NCBI RefSeq assembly: GCF_009914755.1
Contig: NC_060934.1
Strand: one strand, 5' to 3'
Source: the human T2T-CHM13v2.0 reference genome, Homo sapiens
Length of the DNA stretch: 64,000 nt
The notes below the pieces were generated by a model. The model was not told the origin of the DNA. It saw only the letters and a list, made by a program, of their open reading frames with translations, and searched no databases. Position numbers and translations under genes: made by a program. Positions within the stretch are counted from its first letter, which is position 1. Each line of letters opens with the position of its first letter. Of the stretch, positions 14,799-37,384 are shown piece by piece.

Positions 14799-15290
14799 GA
14801 TGGGGCTCAGGACTTTCTCCCCAAAAAATATGGCACATTGACATTTGAGGAAACAGCAGAATCAGGCCATGGAAACTAGAAAGAATTCTCCTTGCCCCTT
14901 CTCCCTTGAAGCAGGCCATAAAACACAGCTGACATTCCCCTGAAGACCCTTCCAGAGGGGCCCTGCTCTGTACCAGGAGCAGTAACACACAGGGATGTCA
15001 AGAAAAACCTGAACACAACAGCCTTGCTAAGCTTCTCCAGTTTATTAGCTCTAGGTCACATCCCTTTTGTCCAATCATGCTTCTCCACAACTGTCAACAT
15101 CTGCATTAGACTTCGCAAAAAAAAAATACAGTTTTCCCTGTTTCTTTGGTTCTTCCTTTGTGGAGGCTCCCATGTCACATACAACTTATTACTAAATAAA
15201 TGTGTATGCTTTTCTCTTGTTCATCTGTCTTTTGTTGCAGGGGTCTCAGCCATGATCCTCAGATGGGTAAGAAATCTTTTCTCCCCTACG
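14799..15290 (+). mobile_element. Solo ERV1 LTR (MER39/MER34-like) in intron 2
   Basis: Starts tgatggggctcagga...ccccaaaa.atatggcac; has ataaatgtgtatgcttttctcttgtt and ends tttctcccctac. Confidence 0.65.
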
Positions 15291-15422
15291 AGACTCTAAT
15301 ATCTGTATGCAGATCCTAAGATGTGCCAGTGTTCCTGTTTAGAACTCCTTACTAACTCCAATATAGAGTCCTTTATCAAAAAAAGCAATGGACTCCCCAC
15401 CACCCCATTCGACAGCACCCAC

Positions 15423-15503
15423 CAGATGAGCGCTGTCCTTGCCCTCCTGGACTCTCTGCGTCTGCGGTTCAGCCACAACCTTAGCGTCCTGATCAGAAGT
15501 CAT
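15423..15503 (-). CDS. LARP4B: LARP4B exon 2 coding part (MTSDQDAKVVAEPQTQRVQEGKDSAHL); whole exon is 15423-15542 with 39 nt of 5'UTR
   Basis: ttttacAG acceptor at 15544-15543, ATG at 15503-15501, CTG|gtgggt donor; matches the LARP4B N-terminus and is in frame with exon 3. Confidence 0.95.
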
Positions 15504-15849
15504 GGGCTCCACTGGGAGAAGTGTAATGCTAACCTCAGGATGCTGTAAAATGGCAAAGACATTAAACAGGTCATTTGAAGGGCACAGTATGATTATTTAA
15601 ATAAAATTAAAATCCTCAAGTTTTCCAGGACACACGTTTATCCCTCTGAATTCAAAAAAGTTTAAAGAAGTCTTCCCATATGCATACCTTACTCACCAAG
15701 AAGTGATACTTAATTTTTTAAATAAGTAAGTTTCTTCTTCACACCATTTTGGTGAAGATGGCCACACTCTAAAACTTGGAAACTCATGTGCTGACACAAA
15801 TAAACCCATTTGTGCCTGGAAACTCAAGTCTTTTAAAAAACAGAAAATT

Positions 15850-18165
<2,316 letters not shown>

Positions 18166-18229
18166 ATTACAAAGTTAATAGGACTCCAGAAATAAAAACA
18201 GTTGTTGATGAATGCTAAATTCAGATATA

Positions 18230-19390
18230 TTTAAGTGTCCTCACTTAACATCATCAACAGGTTCTTGGAAACTGACTTCAAGCGAAAGGACGTGAAGCAA
18301 AATCAATTGTACCACAGGCACAAACAAGTGTTAAGCTCCTACAGCATATTTCCAGTCACAAAAATATCACCAAACTTCTAATTAAAGACCCAAAACTCCT
18401 TCTAATATTTAAAATGGCAATAAATATGAGCCACACACATTTTTAAAAGATTAACAAGAAAGACAATTACGTACCTAATTTTGGGTGAGTCAGAAAGTGA
18501 CAGTGGTCATAGTGGTGGTATAACCACCACTGGATTTAACCAATCAAGGAATAAATGTTTGCAAAGTGAAAACTGTAAGAATATTACGGCAGGGCGCAGT
18601 GGCTCGCGCCTATAATCCCGCACTTTGGGAGGCTAAGGCAAGCAGAATGCTTGAGCCCAAGAGTTGGAGACCAGCATGGACAACATGGCGACACTCATCT
18701 CTACACAAAATACAAAAATTAGCCGGGTGTGGTGGCACGTGCCTGTAGTCCCAGCTCCTTCGGAGGCTGGGATAGGAGGACCACCTGAGCCCAGGAGGTG
18801 GAGGTTTCAGTAAGCCGAGATCGCACCACTGCACTCCATCCTAGGGAACAGAATAAGATCCTGTCTCAAAAAATAAAAACAAAAATAAAAAAAGAATATT
18901 CCTACCACCAAGTAGTTAAAAAACAAACTATGATAACCAATAGGGCAGGCTCACTGAGCACTATTTGTTGTGCATTTATATTATTATAGTAGACTTTATG
19001 AATTTTTGTTTCACAACAATTTATATTGATTCATTCATTTCTCAACCTGCTTATTCCAGTTCAGGGTAACAGGTGGCCACAGCCTATCCCAGCAGCTCAA
19101 GGAGCAAGGTGGGAACCATCCCCGAGAGGACACCATCCCATCACAGGGCCGCTCACACACACACCCACACTCACTCACTCAGACTGGGACCAGGAAGACA
19201 TGCAAATCCACCGAACATGCACACCTTTGGGATGTGGGAAGAAACTGGAATACCCGTAAGAAAACACGCAGACATGGAGAGAACGTGCCAACTCCACACA
19301 GACAGTGGTCCTGGCCAGGAACTGACTTCTTTCTCATCATGTTGAAATGACATTGAAAGAAATGATGTTTTTCAAAGTGGTTCTTCATGA
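18230..19390 (+). mobile_element. TcMar-Tigger element (MER82-like), interrupted by Alu 18588-18895
   Basis: gtcctcacttaacatcatcaacaggttcttggaaactg.. start and Tigger-type internal segments. Confidence 0.6.
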
Positions 19391-22310
19391 AGCATTTACT
19401 CAATCCAATGTCTAGACACTAAACTTCACATGTAACATCTCACTCAATTTTCCCAAACAACGTAAGAAGTAACTGGCTCACCAACACTTTGGGAGGCTGA
19501 GGCGGGCGGATCACCTGAGGTCAGGAGTTCAAGACCAGACCGGCCAAAGTGGTGAAACCCCATCTCTACTAAAAATTAGCCAGGTGTGGTGGCGGGTGCC
19601 TGTAATCCCAGCTACTCAGGAGGCTGAGGCAGGAGAATCACTTGAACCCATGAGGCAGAGGTTGCAGTGAGCCGAGATCGCCCCTAAACATACTCTAGCC
19701 TAAGCGACAGAGTGAAACTCTCTCAAAAGGATCAGAAGGGATAACTGTAACAATCCCGTATCCTGAGGATTCCTAGACATCCAGGTCTGACTTCAAGGCA
19801 TTTCTTTTTACTGCAAGCTACACTGCTTCCCAAACAAGATAAATATTGTTATTTAACCCAGGTATCTTTTTAGGTACATCTGAAAACATACATCAGACTG
19901 TCAGAAAAAATACCTTTAAAAGTGTAACTATTTTTGTCTTACTAGGTAGCCATACAGGTTTTTCATGGTATAGTGGAGCTCCCTATTCGCAATAATCTGC
20001 TTGTGATAAATTCTCAAAAACCTTGTTAATGAAATAATCTGATGATCAAAGGCAATCTCATCCAATTGTGTAAACTGTATCATCAATCACAAAAACATCT
20101 AAATGCTATCAAAAAGAGCTGGAAATAAATGTAAGCTAGCAGAGAAAAAATGCTTGAAATAAATACGGGATGTATGACAAATGTTACACTTTAACAGATA
20201 TATTTCATTTTAATGTATATGTATCTTCTTTTTATGTCTGTGTAGTACCAACGTCTTCTTATTAAACAAAGAAAAGAGTGAATCAATTTAAATAAATATA
20301 TTAAGTACTAGTATAAATGCTATCGGGACTCAAAAAGATCTTGAAAACAGAATGTGAGTAACTAACTTGTAGAAGACACAGATTTCGGGAACATCTGGAC
20401 TGAGATTCTAGGTCCTTGGTTCTCAGGCCTCGGATGCAATGAAGAATCCCTGGAGCAAATTGTGATTTTGCAATTTTGTAGTTTGGACTTTTTTATTATT
20501 ATTATTATTATTTTTAACTATGTAGATGATTCTGAAAAACCTGAGCAAATACTTCCAGGTGATGTTGAAGTAACACACGAGGGGAGTAGCTCCCACTCCC
20601 TGAGGGGGTTTTCTACGAGAGAACAGATGGATTCCATTGTAAAAGAAACCTACATGTCATTAAACATCAATTCCCACACAACCACGAAATCCAGAAACTA
20701 AAGACATATTAATAGTTTAGCAATCAAATGGGCAAGTCATAGAAGGCGCTGTGGATGCTTTTGCCAACATTAATTTCCAGATTTTTAAGATTCTTATGAT
20801 AGCCAAAGGGAAAAATAAAAATCAACTAAAATAACACTTTATTTAATACCTGTATTTTTTTAGACAATTGGAATTTATATACCTCCTGACGGAAATACCA
20901 ACAATACCATATATGAAGTGGTCTTGCAAAAAAAAAAAAGATAACAAAAACCAACATGTGATCATGACCCTAAATCTTATTACGAACTAACCGCAAATAC
21001 AAGAGCCAGGGGACCACCAAGGGATTCCACACAGTGGAAAGTTTCGGAACTGGCTTCTTCAACACAAAAGGAGACGTAAGACACACGCTGGTCAGTCAGA
21101 CTATGGCTTTACTTGGATAAAGGAAACAAACCAACTACTAAAAAAGAAAAACGATAATCAGAGAAACAACAGTAAAAGGACAACTGATAATACTAAAAAA
21201 TGATTCTAGTTTCTCAGATGTGATAACGATGTGGTTATGTTTAATAAAAAGGAAACCCTATCTTTTAGAGATGTATATTGAAATATTTACAGGGAAAATA
21301 ATACAATGTGTGAAATCTTCCTCAAAGTACTATGTGGGGCAGAGACCCTGAGGTTCATCGTTATTCTTCCACCTGAGAGAAGGAAGTTCACTATACTATT
21401 CTGTCTACCTTTGTACATTTGAAATTTTCTATAATAAAAGGTTAAAAAAGTAACCATGCCACAGTCTCAGCACAACACAGTGATCCCGATTTGAACACTC
21501 TGCATCCTACCTATTAAAAAAAGTAACCTTTACACCAATATATCTCTTAATTACTAATCTGACAGTTTTTCAAAAAAGGCTTATAAAGTTTTCCAACAGA
21601 AGGGATTACTGATAGTCACCTCATTTAAACAGTTAATAACGTATCATTTTAATGCTTTTTTAACTTACCTAATGTGTGAATCTAAAATGAGATTTAAAGA
21701 ATGATACAAGTATTGACAGCTGTTTCAATAAATAACAAATATTTTGTTACTGGTTCAAGAGACCTAAAATATTTTGAGATTTAAAATATATCAACTATTG
21801 CCTCCCGGCATGGCCTAAAAGCAGATCTCTAGATTGTAAAGGGAAATATTCAATGGGAGAAAAGAATCCTCCAGCCAAAGCAAAGTACTTCCACACAGCC
21901 GACCAAGGAGTTGAAGGCGGGCTCCGCACTCGCCAGTGCCTTACACCACTCGCAGGCCTTACTGAATTGGACAGGAGGATTTTATTTAATGTCTCTTTAT
22001 GTAAAAAGCAGAGAGGATAAGTCCAAGTGTTCTCCCTTCCTATCTGTGGCCTCTATGCTAGTAACACATTTTTAACCTCATCTGTCAAAGCTACAGTCTA
22101 AAAAAGAAGTTTTATCAACCTTGTTCAACACTTGGGAGACCATAACTCTCTTAAATCAGTTTCTAAAAATTTCTTTTCATGTACACCAGAAATGTTTATT
22201 GCATGATTAAACAGTTATTATGGTCTTTCTAGACACACAAGACAATCTTAAAAATACAACACCATCTCAAATAAACAACTATATGTCAGGTTGGTGACAT
22301 AATGATTTAG

Positions 22311-23025
<715 letters not shown>

Positions 23026-24668
23026 TAGGCTTGTTCTTTGAGGTAAATGTTGGTATTATTATTTTGAAGCTATTTTATTTTACATATTGTATATATACAT
23101 GCCTACACATATTCACACTGAACAGGATAAAGTTGATAAGAATTTCCTTAATGTTAGGTACACAGATTTTCAACATAAAAGGAGATATGAATACAAAATT
23201 AAAGAAGCTAAGTAAACTCCACGTGGTCATTTTTTAAAATTGGAAGTGTAACTTTTTAAACTACAGTACAGGCTTCCTTTGCAATACACCACTATTACCA
23301 CTGATATCCTTTTCCTATTCTGGGCTCTGATCTTGGACCTCATGCTGTACTTAGCTGTCCTTCCGTTGAGTCTCCTTTAAACTGCAGCAGTTCCTCAGTC
23401 TTGCCTTATTCATCTACGCTTTTCCAGAGCACTAGTTAATTACTTTGTAGAATGTTCCTCAATTTGAGATGAGCCTGGGACATCTTACCATGAAGCAGGA
23501 AGCCATGAAGACAACTGGTCCCATCAGGAAGACACAGAGGCCACAGCAAACTAAGGGAGGGATTCCCAATAGCCATGCACGGAGCCACATCAGGATCAGG
23601 AAGAATGAACGGAAAACAAGTCGGCAGCAATCATGAGAGCTACCACCACCACAGTGCTCGCCTTGGGACTACAGGACACCCACTTATTATTCCCAAGATC
23701 ACTAAAGGACAACAGTTATTTCAAGCTGCTGTTCCTCGATGAACTGCATTTCTGAATAACCAAAAAGCTGATCAGGGCAAGAACCACAGTCAATGGGGAG
23801 TGAATGACAGGATCGGAAAAATCAAAATATCCCAATATCTAATACAATAATAAAGTCAATAATCATTGATGTCTGCTGAAATTATCAAGTGAAGAACGTG
23901 ATGGGAGGTTTCCAAATGGTTAAGTGAGACATTGACTGAAGCTATTTTTCAGTATTATCATTAAAACTGGGCCTCTAGGCATTTTATTTTTGACATGATC
24001 AAAGACTACCATCCACAAAGTAGTCGTGCCAAAAAAAGAGCCTGTATTTAATCATACCTCTAGATCTTACTCCCAATTTAAAGGGAATTCTAGGGAAATA
24101 CATGTTAAATCACACCAGCACAAAGCCATCATCTAAATCCAAAATGTAGGCAAGAAAGACGACCTCATTTCTATAGCAAATAAAAGATATTTAAAAGGAG
24201 AGCTATTTTTATTGCCACAGAATTAAAAAGCCTTAACCAAAATAATCCAATGTGATGTAAGAACTGTGTTTGGATCCTGAGTCAAATAAATTAGGTTTAA
24301 AATGACATAGAAAAACTTTTAAGGTTGCCTAGGTAATAAAGACAGAGAAAACTTTTTGACATAGAAAAACTTTTAAGGTTGCCTAGGTAATAAAGACATG
24401 ATAAAATTACTATTAATTTTATTGAGTTCCAACCATAGTATTGTTATATTTATTTTAAAAGATCTTCTTTATAACAGCTAGAAACTAAAAGACTCATGAA
24501 TAAAGATATATGTCTGGAATTTGCTTTAGAATATGCCAATTTTTTTGGTAAGTTTAAGGGAAGAGAAGAAACAAAAATATATGAATGGTGGCAAGCTGAT
24601 GGTAGCTAAAGCTAGATGACTGGTGAACTGAGGATCACTATAGTATCCTCTCTACTTCTATGTGTTTA

Positions 24669-25581
<913 letters not shown>

Positions 25582-25947
25582 TTATAAAAATTCAAATTTT
25601 ATAAGTACGTAAAAACAAGAAACTAGAAGAAAATATGCCAAAAGACTAACAATGTGTGATTAACTTATTGACTTCATCTCCCAGAGTCTCAGTTTTTTAA
25701 ATAACATATTATTTTTATTACACGTCTTCATAAAACATCCAGCTTGCTGATTCCATCAGTTGCTGAGTCCAAGGTCCCCTGCCATCTTTCCCACAGAAAG
25801 GGCACTGCTGCCCACGCAGGAGAAGCTGCCCATGCAGGAGAAGCATCTAAGTCACTTTGCAGTTGTTTTTCAATACAGATTAATCAAGTGCAATTCAGTG
25901 AGCAAATTTTCTTGTGAAACTACACTGCTCAGTCCTGTTCACTAAGA

Positions 25948-26570
25948 TAATGGTTCTCAATGTGTGGTGTAGGCATAGTCCAGAGTCCCAGAAACACTTC
26001 CAGTGGGGCCACAAAGTCAAACCATTCTCAAAATAATGCAAAGATGTTCTTTGCTTTTTTCACTCTTATTCTCTCCTCACAAAACCACAGTGGAGTTTTG
26101 GTATAGCATCAAAGAATATTCAATATTCATTTATATGAAATGACTACCAAAATAATAAAATAAATTACCTGAGGCCAGATTTCCTTCACACACTTCAACC
26201 AAAATAACACAGTACTAAGAGATGAAATGCAAAAGCAGACAAGAATCCAGCCAAGATTCTATTAAGTCAGACATTAAAGAGATTTACAAAACATGAAAAA
26301 ACAATGCCACTCTTCCCACTGAATTATTTTTTGTTTTGGAAAATACTACTACCTTTCATAAACAATGTTATTTATATTACCTAATGGGTTTGTTATTATT
26401 AAAAATGTATATTTATAATATTAATTGATTCTTGATACTTAACATAGTAAATACAGACAGAGATAAACCACAGATGGAGACAAACCATATAATAAACTCA
26501 AGCTTTTAGGCATCTTCAGTAATGTTTAACAGCATAAAGACGTCCTTAGACCAAAAGCTTGAGAACCACT
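25948..26570. mobile_element. hAT-Charlie fragment
   Basis: tggttctcaa... and ...ttgagaaccact inverted termini. Confidence 0.55.
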
Positions 26571-26609
26571 CCACTAATACAAACCCTTAAAACCCAGTTC
26601 TCAAGGACA

Positions 26610-28280
<1,671 letters not shown>

Positions 28281-29844
28281 ACTAGGTTAAGACCCTCCCT
28301 TTTGTATGTGTGTCTGGCATAACTCATTGGATTTTCACATAATAGCAAAAATCATAATTTCAGAACTTGATAATTTCTAAGAAAATCAAAATAAAGAGGC
28401 ATTTCCTAAACAGCAGGTAATTCTTTTCTGGTACGAAAGGGTAATGTGAAAACACAAATTATTTGTCTCTGAATCAGAAACCTGGAAAGAAAAAGAATGA
28501 GTTTGGTAAGGATTATTCTAAGTGCTTTCTCCACGTTACCAAATAAACTTAATTCTGTTAATTAGGTTCCATGCCTATTTAGCACAGCAGGAAATTAAGA
28601 TCAGGGATAATTTAAGGTCACAAAGCTACTAAGTTCAGTGAGGCTATATTAATGCACATATAATTTTGCTATTCAACTATATGTGCCTGGAGATCATTTA
28701 ACAGGCAATTCACTCTATCAATCCCTGCATGTGGGTGAATGTCACATCGTAACATGACCTCAGAGAAGTGCACCTACAGTTTCCTTAGCTCGTCTTCATT
28801 CCTTCTTCCCTTTTACAGTAATATTCACTGCACCAATGTACAGATCATGATTTTAGCATGTAAAGATAAGCATCTTTTTTCTTACAATATGGTACTTAAA
28901 TATAAGCTAAATATTTCTCTTTTTATACAACAAAAACAGTGATTTGATTCAATGCCAGACTAAAACTGGTATTGGATCAATTGTATCAGTGATAATATTA
29001 AATACATTGTACCTTACACGGGGATCTTCAAGTATATTGATGATTTTTGCATTATGGGTTGACCTTAGAACAGACATTTCCCATGAGAGTGTGCTGTATG
29101 GGAGCCAAATATAAAACCTCTCTCCTGAATCTAAAAACATTATTCTGAAGTCAGGAACTCCCTACTCACAACAGATTACTCCCTGTTCTATTTGCCATGT
29201 TCTGCACATTCTATTGCCTTTTCCTGGAACACAGGTATCCCTGTGTTTTATCTTCTATCTACACACAGTGATACTGAGAACAGGACAGAAATACATATCC
29301 CACCAATGATATATTACAACTTACCTTGATCTTCTTCCTTTTGTTAGTAACATTCAAATATATGCAGTTTTACTACAGTGTTGTCTAAGTACTCCATTTC
29401 TTTATTTGTAAAGTTTGCTAAGTTACCTTCTAACTCTAATTGTCTATGATTAGGAACAATGAGTTAAGGGATGACGCATGAACAGAGATGGACAGCACAA
29501 GATGCTCCTAGACAGACATGTGTTCCAAGAACTCCAACATAATTTTATTTTACAGACCATTTTACAAAAATCAGTAAATGAATATTCAACTAGATAAGTA
29601 AACAGAAATTTACCTAAATAAGGAAAAAGGGCTAAGAACTTTAGAGATTGCCTTAATTAAGTACTATATAATCTCCTTGGGAATCAATTAGAAAAAATCA
29701 AAATGTGTTACTTTCAATGTCCAAACAAAATTTGTAGAAAACAGTTTACCACCCAGACTTTGATCCCTTTGAAGCTACATAAATTGATCAGAAAAAAAAA
29801 AAAATGATCACAGAAGCTAAATCAAATCATCAGAAGCACAATCA

Positions 29845-31003
<1,159 letters not shown>

Positions 31004-32427
31004 GAAGGATATATTTCTTAACAGAAATTTTCATTATGATTCCCACGTGCATATCTAAATAGAGAAGTGCAGAAAATAAAATACAATAGGAATTCTAGTT
31101 CCTCATCCATCTGCCTTGTGCTGTTAGTTGGATGATATGGTTTATCTCACGGCTGCCAGCACCACTCTGTAATATTTGAAATGCACATTTTTATCTTACA
31201 ATAGAATAATGTGAGAGCACCTTAGGGCAGATTATTTTATGTTCCTTCCATGTACCTTATACACATCATATACTCAAGTGAATCTGTAAGCTTGAATAGT
31301 GGGAACATTTACAGAGCAACAGACTGCTGCTTCCAACAAAACTGTTATTTTAGTCTTTTGTTTTTTTCAAGATTCAGTATCTCTATGATATTCCATTCTT
31401 TTCGTTTCATGTTCTTATAGTAAGTGTGTCACTCAAAGATACTGACGGATAAAAGAAATGCGTCCAATCTCAGTAGAGTAGTTGTTTATACATTTAAACT
31501 GGCACTCAGCACTGGAGTATTCCTAAGGAGATGTTGCCAATAAATTTCAAGACTAATTTTGTAAAATGTCCTTTATATGTGTACATCGGTGCTTCTACTG
31601 AAAAAAACAGCAGTGAGAAAATGTGAGTTTTATTTATAGTTTGAGTTGGTTCTCCTCCTAAGGAGGACATAATCAGACACAAGATACAAAAACTTATTTG
31701 TTAGCAAGATCTGATTGAAAAAGTACCTACATGAGAAGACCACCAAATAATATACTTTCAAAATCTTCCTGATTTTAAATTTAGAACGTGTCTACTAAGT
31801 CGACACACAAAAAAAGGACAACGGTCCCCTCCACCGTTAAAGCCTGTGACTGGGTCTACGACATTATCTTCTGGAGAGTACAATCTTTTGAAAAGACCAT
31901 TTTAGCTAGGATTCTTACTAAAACATAATACAAAACAACCACCGAAACTGGAGTTTAGATCATCTCATTAACCCTCTGGCTAGGAGAGCATTTTACTCAT
32001 TAAACCTTTGACGAACTCAAAAACCACCACTCTAATACTTGGTTGTAAAGAAGCTGAAATAAAGTATCTGAACCAAATGCACAGAACATTGTTTTGCACA
32101 AGCCCTAAGCTGCAGCAGTGCGAATCATGGCCCTCGGAGTACCACTTCTTGCTTTTATCCCGTGCTACACCTTTCCCAGTAAAGAGCTTCTTAGGAAGGG
32201 TTTCCACACCTTTTCACACACTTTCACAAAGGGAAAAGCAAATGGAAAAGTTGACAACTACATTAGGAGTATCTTTTTAGGACACAAGCTTAGCTAATTC
32301 ACACAGCTTCCTTTGTCAAATACTGGACTACCAAGAAGCATCAAAACCAAAATCTGCAGTCTAAGCAGGGCACAGCTGCAGCACGTTCACTTCATTTAAC
32401 CTCAAGTTGAAGCAGAAACATAAAATC

Positions 32428-32731
<304 letters not shown>

Positions 32732-33794
32732 TAAAATCTTTTTAATACAGATGTTAAATTACCTGGTTGAAAAGCTAGTTGTCTCTTTTGTCTAGTCTGT
32801 TTAGAATATATTCTAACCTCCATTTTTCTGTCCATCAGCATTTTATTCCATTAGAAATTACTTCTCATGTTGAGAATGTCAACCTGGACAAACAAGATTC
32901 AACCTAACCTGGCAGGATGTGTGCTGGATGCCCAGGAAGCCTCTCCTGACTTGCAAGCGTCCCCTACTTCCACTCTTCCACATCCTTCAGACCCACCTGC
33001 TCACTGCTGCACTCAGGCTCACTTATGCCATCTCTCAGCCATGGACTGATCTCGCAGATGGCAAACAAAGTATACCCAGAGTCCAGAGGAGGAAAAGGCA
33101 ACTTCCTGTTGATGTTTCACATGCAATCTTACCTTTTGGACAAAGAGCAGAACTGCCTGATTCAATCTTTTATAATTTACTTTTACCTTAAGGAATTGCA
33201 TATATAAACTTATCTTACTGCACGGCTTTAATTCCATTTTGAATATGTATTTTCTTGAGATTATTGATAGTCTCCATAAAAATCTTTGCTTCCTCTCATT
33301 TACATCTGAAAACAAAACAAAACAAAAATGCTGATGGACAAACGTAGTAGCATGGGCATACACCTGAACTGAGGAAAAGCCAGAATTGGCAGCACAGCAC
33401 ACAGGGCCTTCCTCGTCAGGAATGCACCTTGTAGAGTACACCGCTTCACTCTGATGGGTGGAAAAGGTCTCTCTCCACCTCATTTCCAGTGGATCCTGCA
33501 TTTCTTCAAGGAATACAGATCATGTTCTATTGAGCTTTCCAATTCATCATCACAAAACTACAGTTTTCAATTGAAAATACATAATACTCAAAGAGTAAGA
33601 TGGGGAAGTGGTGAGTAAACTCATTTTTTAGAATGGCAAAATGTCAGAGCTGGGAAGCAGCTCGGAGCTGCTTTAATCCTGTGCGGCTCAAATGGGAAGG
33701 CATATTTGTCCCTAACAATGAGTCAGAGAACCATGAAATGATACATAAATTGATTTTGTTAAAAAAAAACCTTGACACGCAACACTGACAGAAT

Positions 33795-34960
<1,166 letters not shown>

Positions 34961-37384
34961 TAGTTATAAAAATGTCTTCCTCAAGTTATTAATACAGCCC
35001 TGGAGGCACTCCCTAAAGTCTTATTATCTGAACCTGCAAATTACCTTCCTTAATAATTAAATGCCATTTAACAGTGTTATAAGTGGTGATAAAATACACC
35101 TTATTTTACACATGCATTAATGTGAAGTCCTCCTTTCTTGAATTTAATATTCCTAATATATACGTATTTCTTAGCATTTCAGTGAAAGGGAAATATTCCA
35201 TAACAATTATAATCCTATATAGCTCTTGAAAATCACACCTCAGAAGTCAAGACAAGGAATCTAAATAGAGCAGACATAAAACACTTGACCGAAGTCAGGA
35301 TCCTATCTTCATTAGTCCCTCCATGCCCAGTCTAGATCCCATTTACTCCTGTCTTTGCAATTATGTTTTTTTCCATTATGTTCAATCCTTCCCTGTCACT
35401 GTTTCAACAGCTTATTCTGTCGCAAAAAAAAGAAAGTGAACGTGGGGAGGGGAGGAGCTGAGGAGCAAGGGAGGAGCTGAGGAGCAGGGAAGGAGGGCAG
35501 AATCAGCAGGACTGGACGTCCTCCTGGCCTCCTGCTGAAGAGGCAGCTCTCAACTGTTTCTATCTCCAACCTCCCAGAAAACTTTCCTTCTACAAGAACC
35601 AGCCTCCTGCTTGCTGGTGGACAGGGAGGACCTCTCACAGCACAGTGGAACAGACCAGCCTTTCCCTTGAAGCCCACTCTACCCTCTTCCACTTCGTCAC
35701 CTGCTTTCTCAGCCTCTTGGGAATGCTCTTCTGCACTAAGTAGGGCAAAAGCTCTCTTGCCCTGTGCAATCAAAAGAAATAGTAAATCAAATGGGCAATC
35801 ATAAAGATGAATACATAAATCTTTAGCTATTTTATACATCTTCATTCACACGGGCCTTTTTCTGAGACTTGGTCAATTAGATATTATTTCTTTCCCACAT
35901 AAACTATATCCATAATGCATCAACAAAGATCTTCATTGTTTTTTAAAGTGCAGCTGAGAGACAGGAAAACCCTCTGAATAGTACAATGCTTCTATGACTC
36001 TTCTTCAGTTTTTATCCTTATTTTCATATCTAATTCATCAGCAGTTTCTCTGTGATTTGTTTTTGAGATACTCCAAAGTTTTCAAATGAGTAACTGCTTT
36101 TACACTATTTTGATCAATTTATATTAATTAAATCACACAGCTGCACGAATGAGTATGATCGATGAACAAGTTTGGAAGCTGACCTGGCTTTGGTAAGCAC
36201 ACAACTCCACTGGTGGGAAGAGGGAACAGCCCTGCTGAAGAGAAGCCCAGCGCCAGTGTGGTGCAACCCACAAGTATGCATGGATCCACAGACAGCGTTG
36301 ATCCTGGTGACAGGCCACGGTATGTGTGCAAAGGAGTCTACCTCCTTGTCTCCTTGAGTTATGCTCCTGTGCTCCCAGTTTCTCATGGCTTCTGTTCACA
36401 ACCATATGCTCAGTTTCAGCACAAAATTATCTAAGTGAATGCCCAGTGAACACCTTATGATCCTGCAGAGTTCTCAAAATCAATTCCCTACTTCTCATTT
36501 AAAACAAATACGAACTGATAACCAATCTCTCTTATTGAAGGACATATCATTGACTCAGGTGCCCAAGGCAGAAACTTGCAAATACAGCTTTAACTTCTGC
36601 TCAAGTTTCTATCCCTGTCATGAAACTGTGCAGAAAACCACCAACTGAACTGAATTACCACCCAGTTTCTTAAAGCATCTCCCTTCTTCCCACCTCCCCA
36701 AACTCCACAGATTCTTCCAGACTGCCCTCCCTAAAGCGAGGGACTCGCAACTGAAACCTTCTGACAGGCTGCACCAGGATAAAGTGAAAAGAACCACAGC
36801 TACTGAGATGCTCTCCCCATCCTCCCACAAAGCCTTGGTTGGTTATTCTATGTACTCCTGCAAACCTTTACACCCAGGAATACAGCATATCAAATTATCA
36901 TCCTCACTCCAACACAAAAGTTTTATCACTCGGAGGTCAGAAATATGTCTACCCTGTTCACTGTTGTATCCCTAACACAGTACCTAAACGAGTAAAATCT
37001 CAGTAAATACATTAATAATTTATTATCTTGTGGCAACAAATGTGGGAAAAATTAACTAGCATTTAAAATATGAAGCCCAGAAAATGGGATGAGTCCAAAG
37101 AACGGCCTCTGCTGGTGCACATTCCAAGTGGTGTAATAAGGGAAAAGGCAATATTCACAGCTGAGGGCAAAATTACTTTGAGTTAATTTTCATTTTCATT
37201 TTATTTTATTCTCTAGACTTTGTATATGCATACATGCATGTCCGTTTAAGTGTGCACCTGGGATCTAAACATACAAAGGAGTTAAATACAAAGTGATGAC
37301 TAAAAATTTTTATTGTATTATCAAAACAAATCACTAAAGAAGTTCCGAAGTGGCAAACACATACTGAAACAATTATTTGTATTG

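Noticed and set aside
21663-21670. Isolated consensus donor AG|gtaagt on the minus strand
   Set aside because: I found no convincing matching acceptor or exon.
33019-33501. 160-aa minus-strand ORF
   Set aside because: No recognisable domain; it reads through a splice-acceptor-like (ttttg)n tract and is probably chance.
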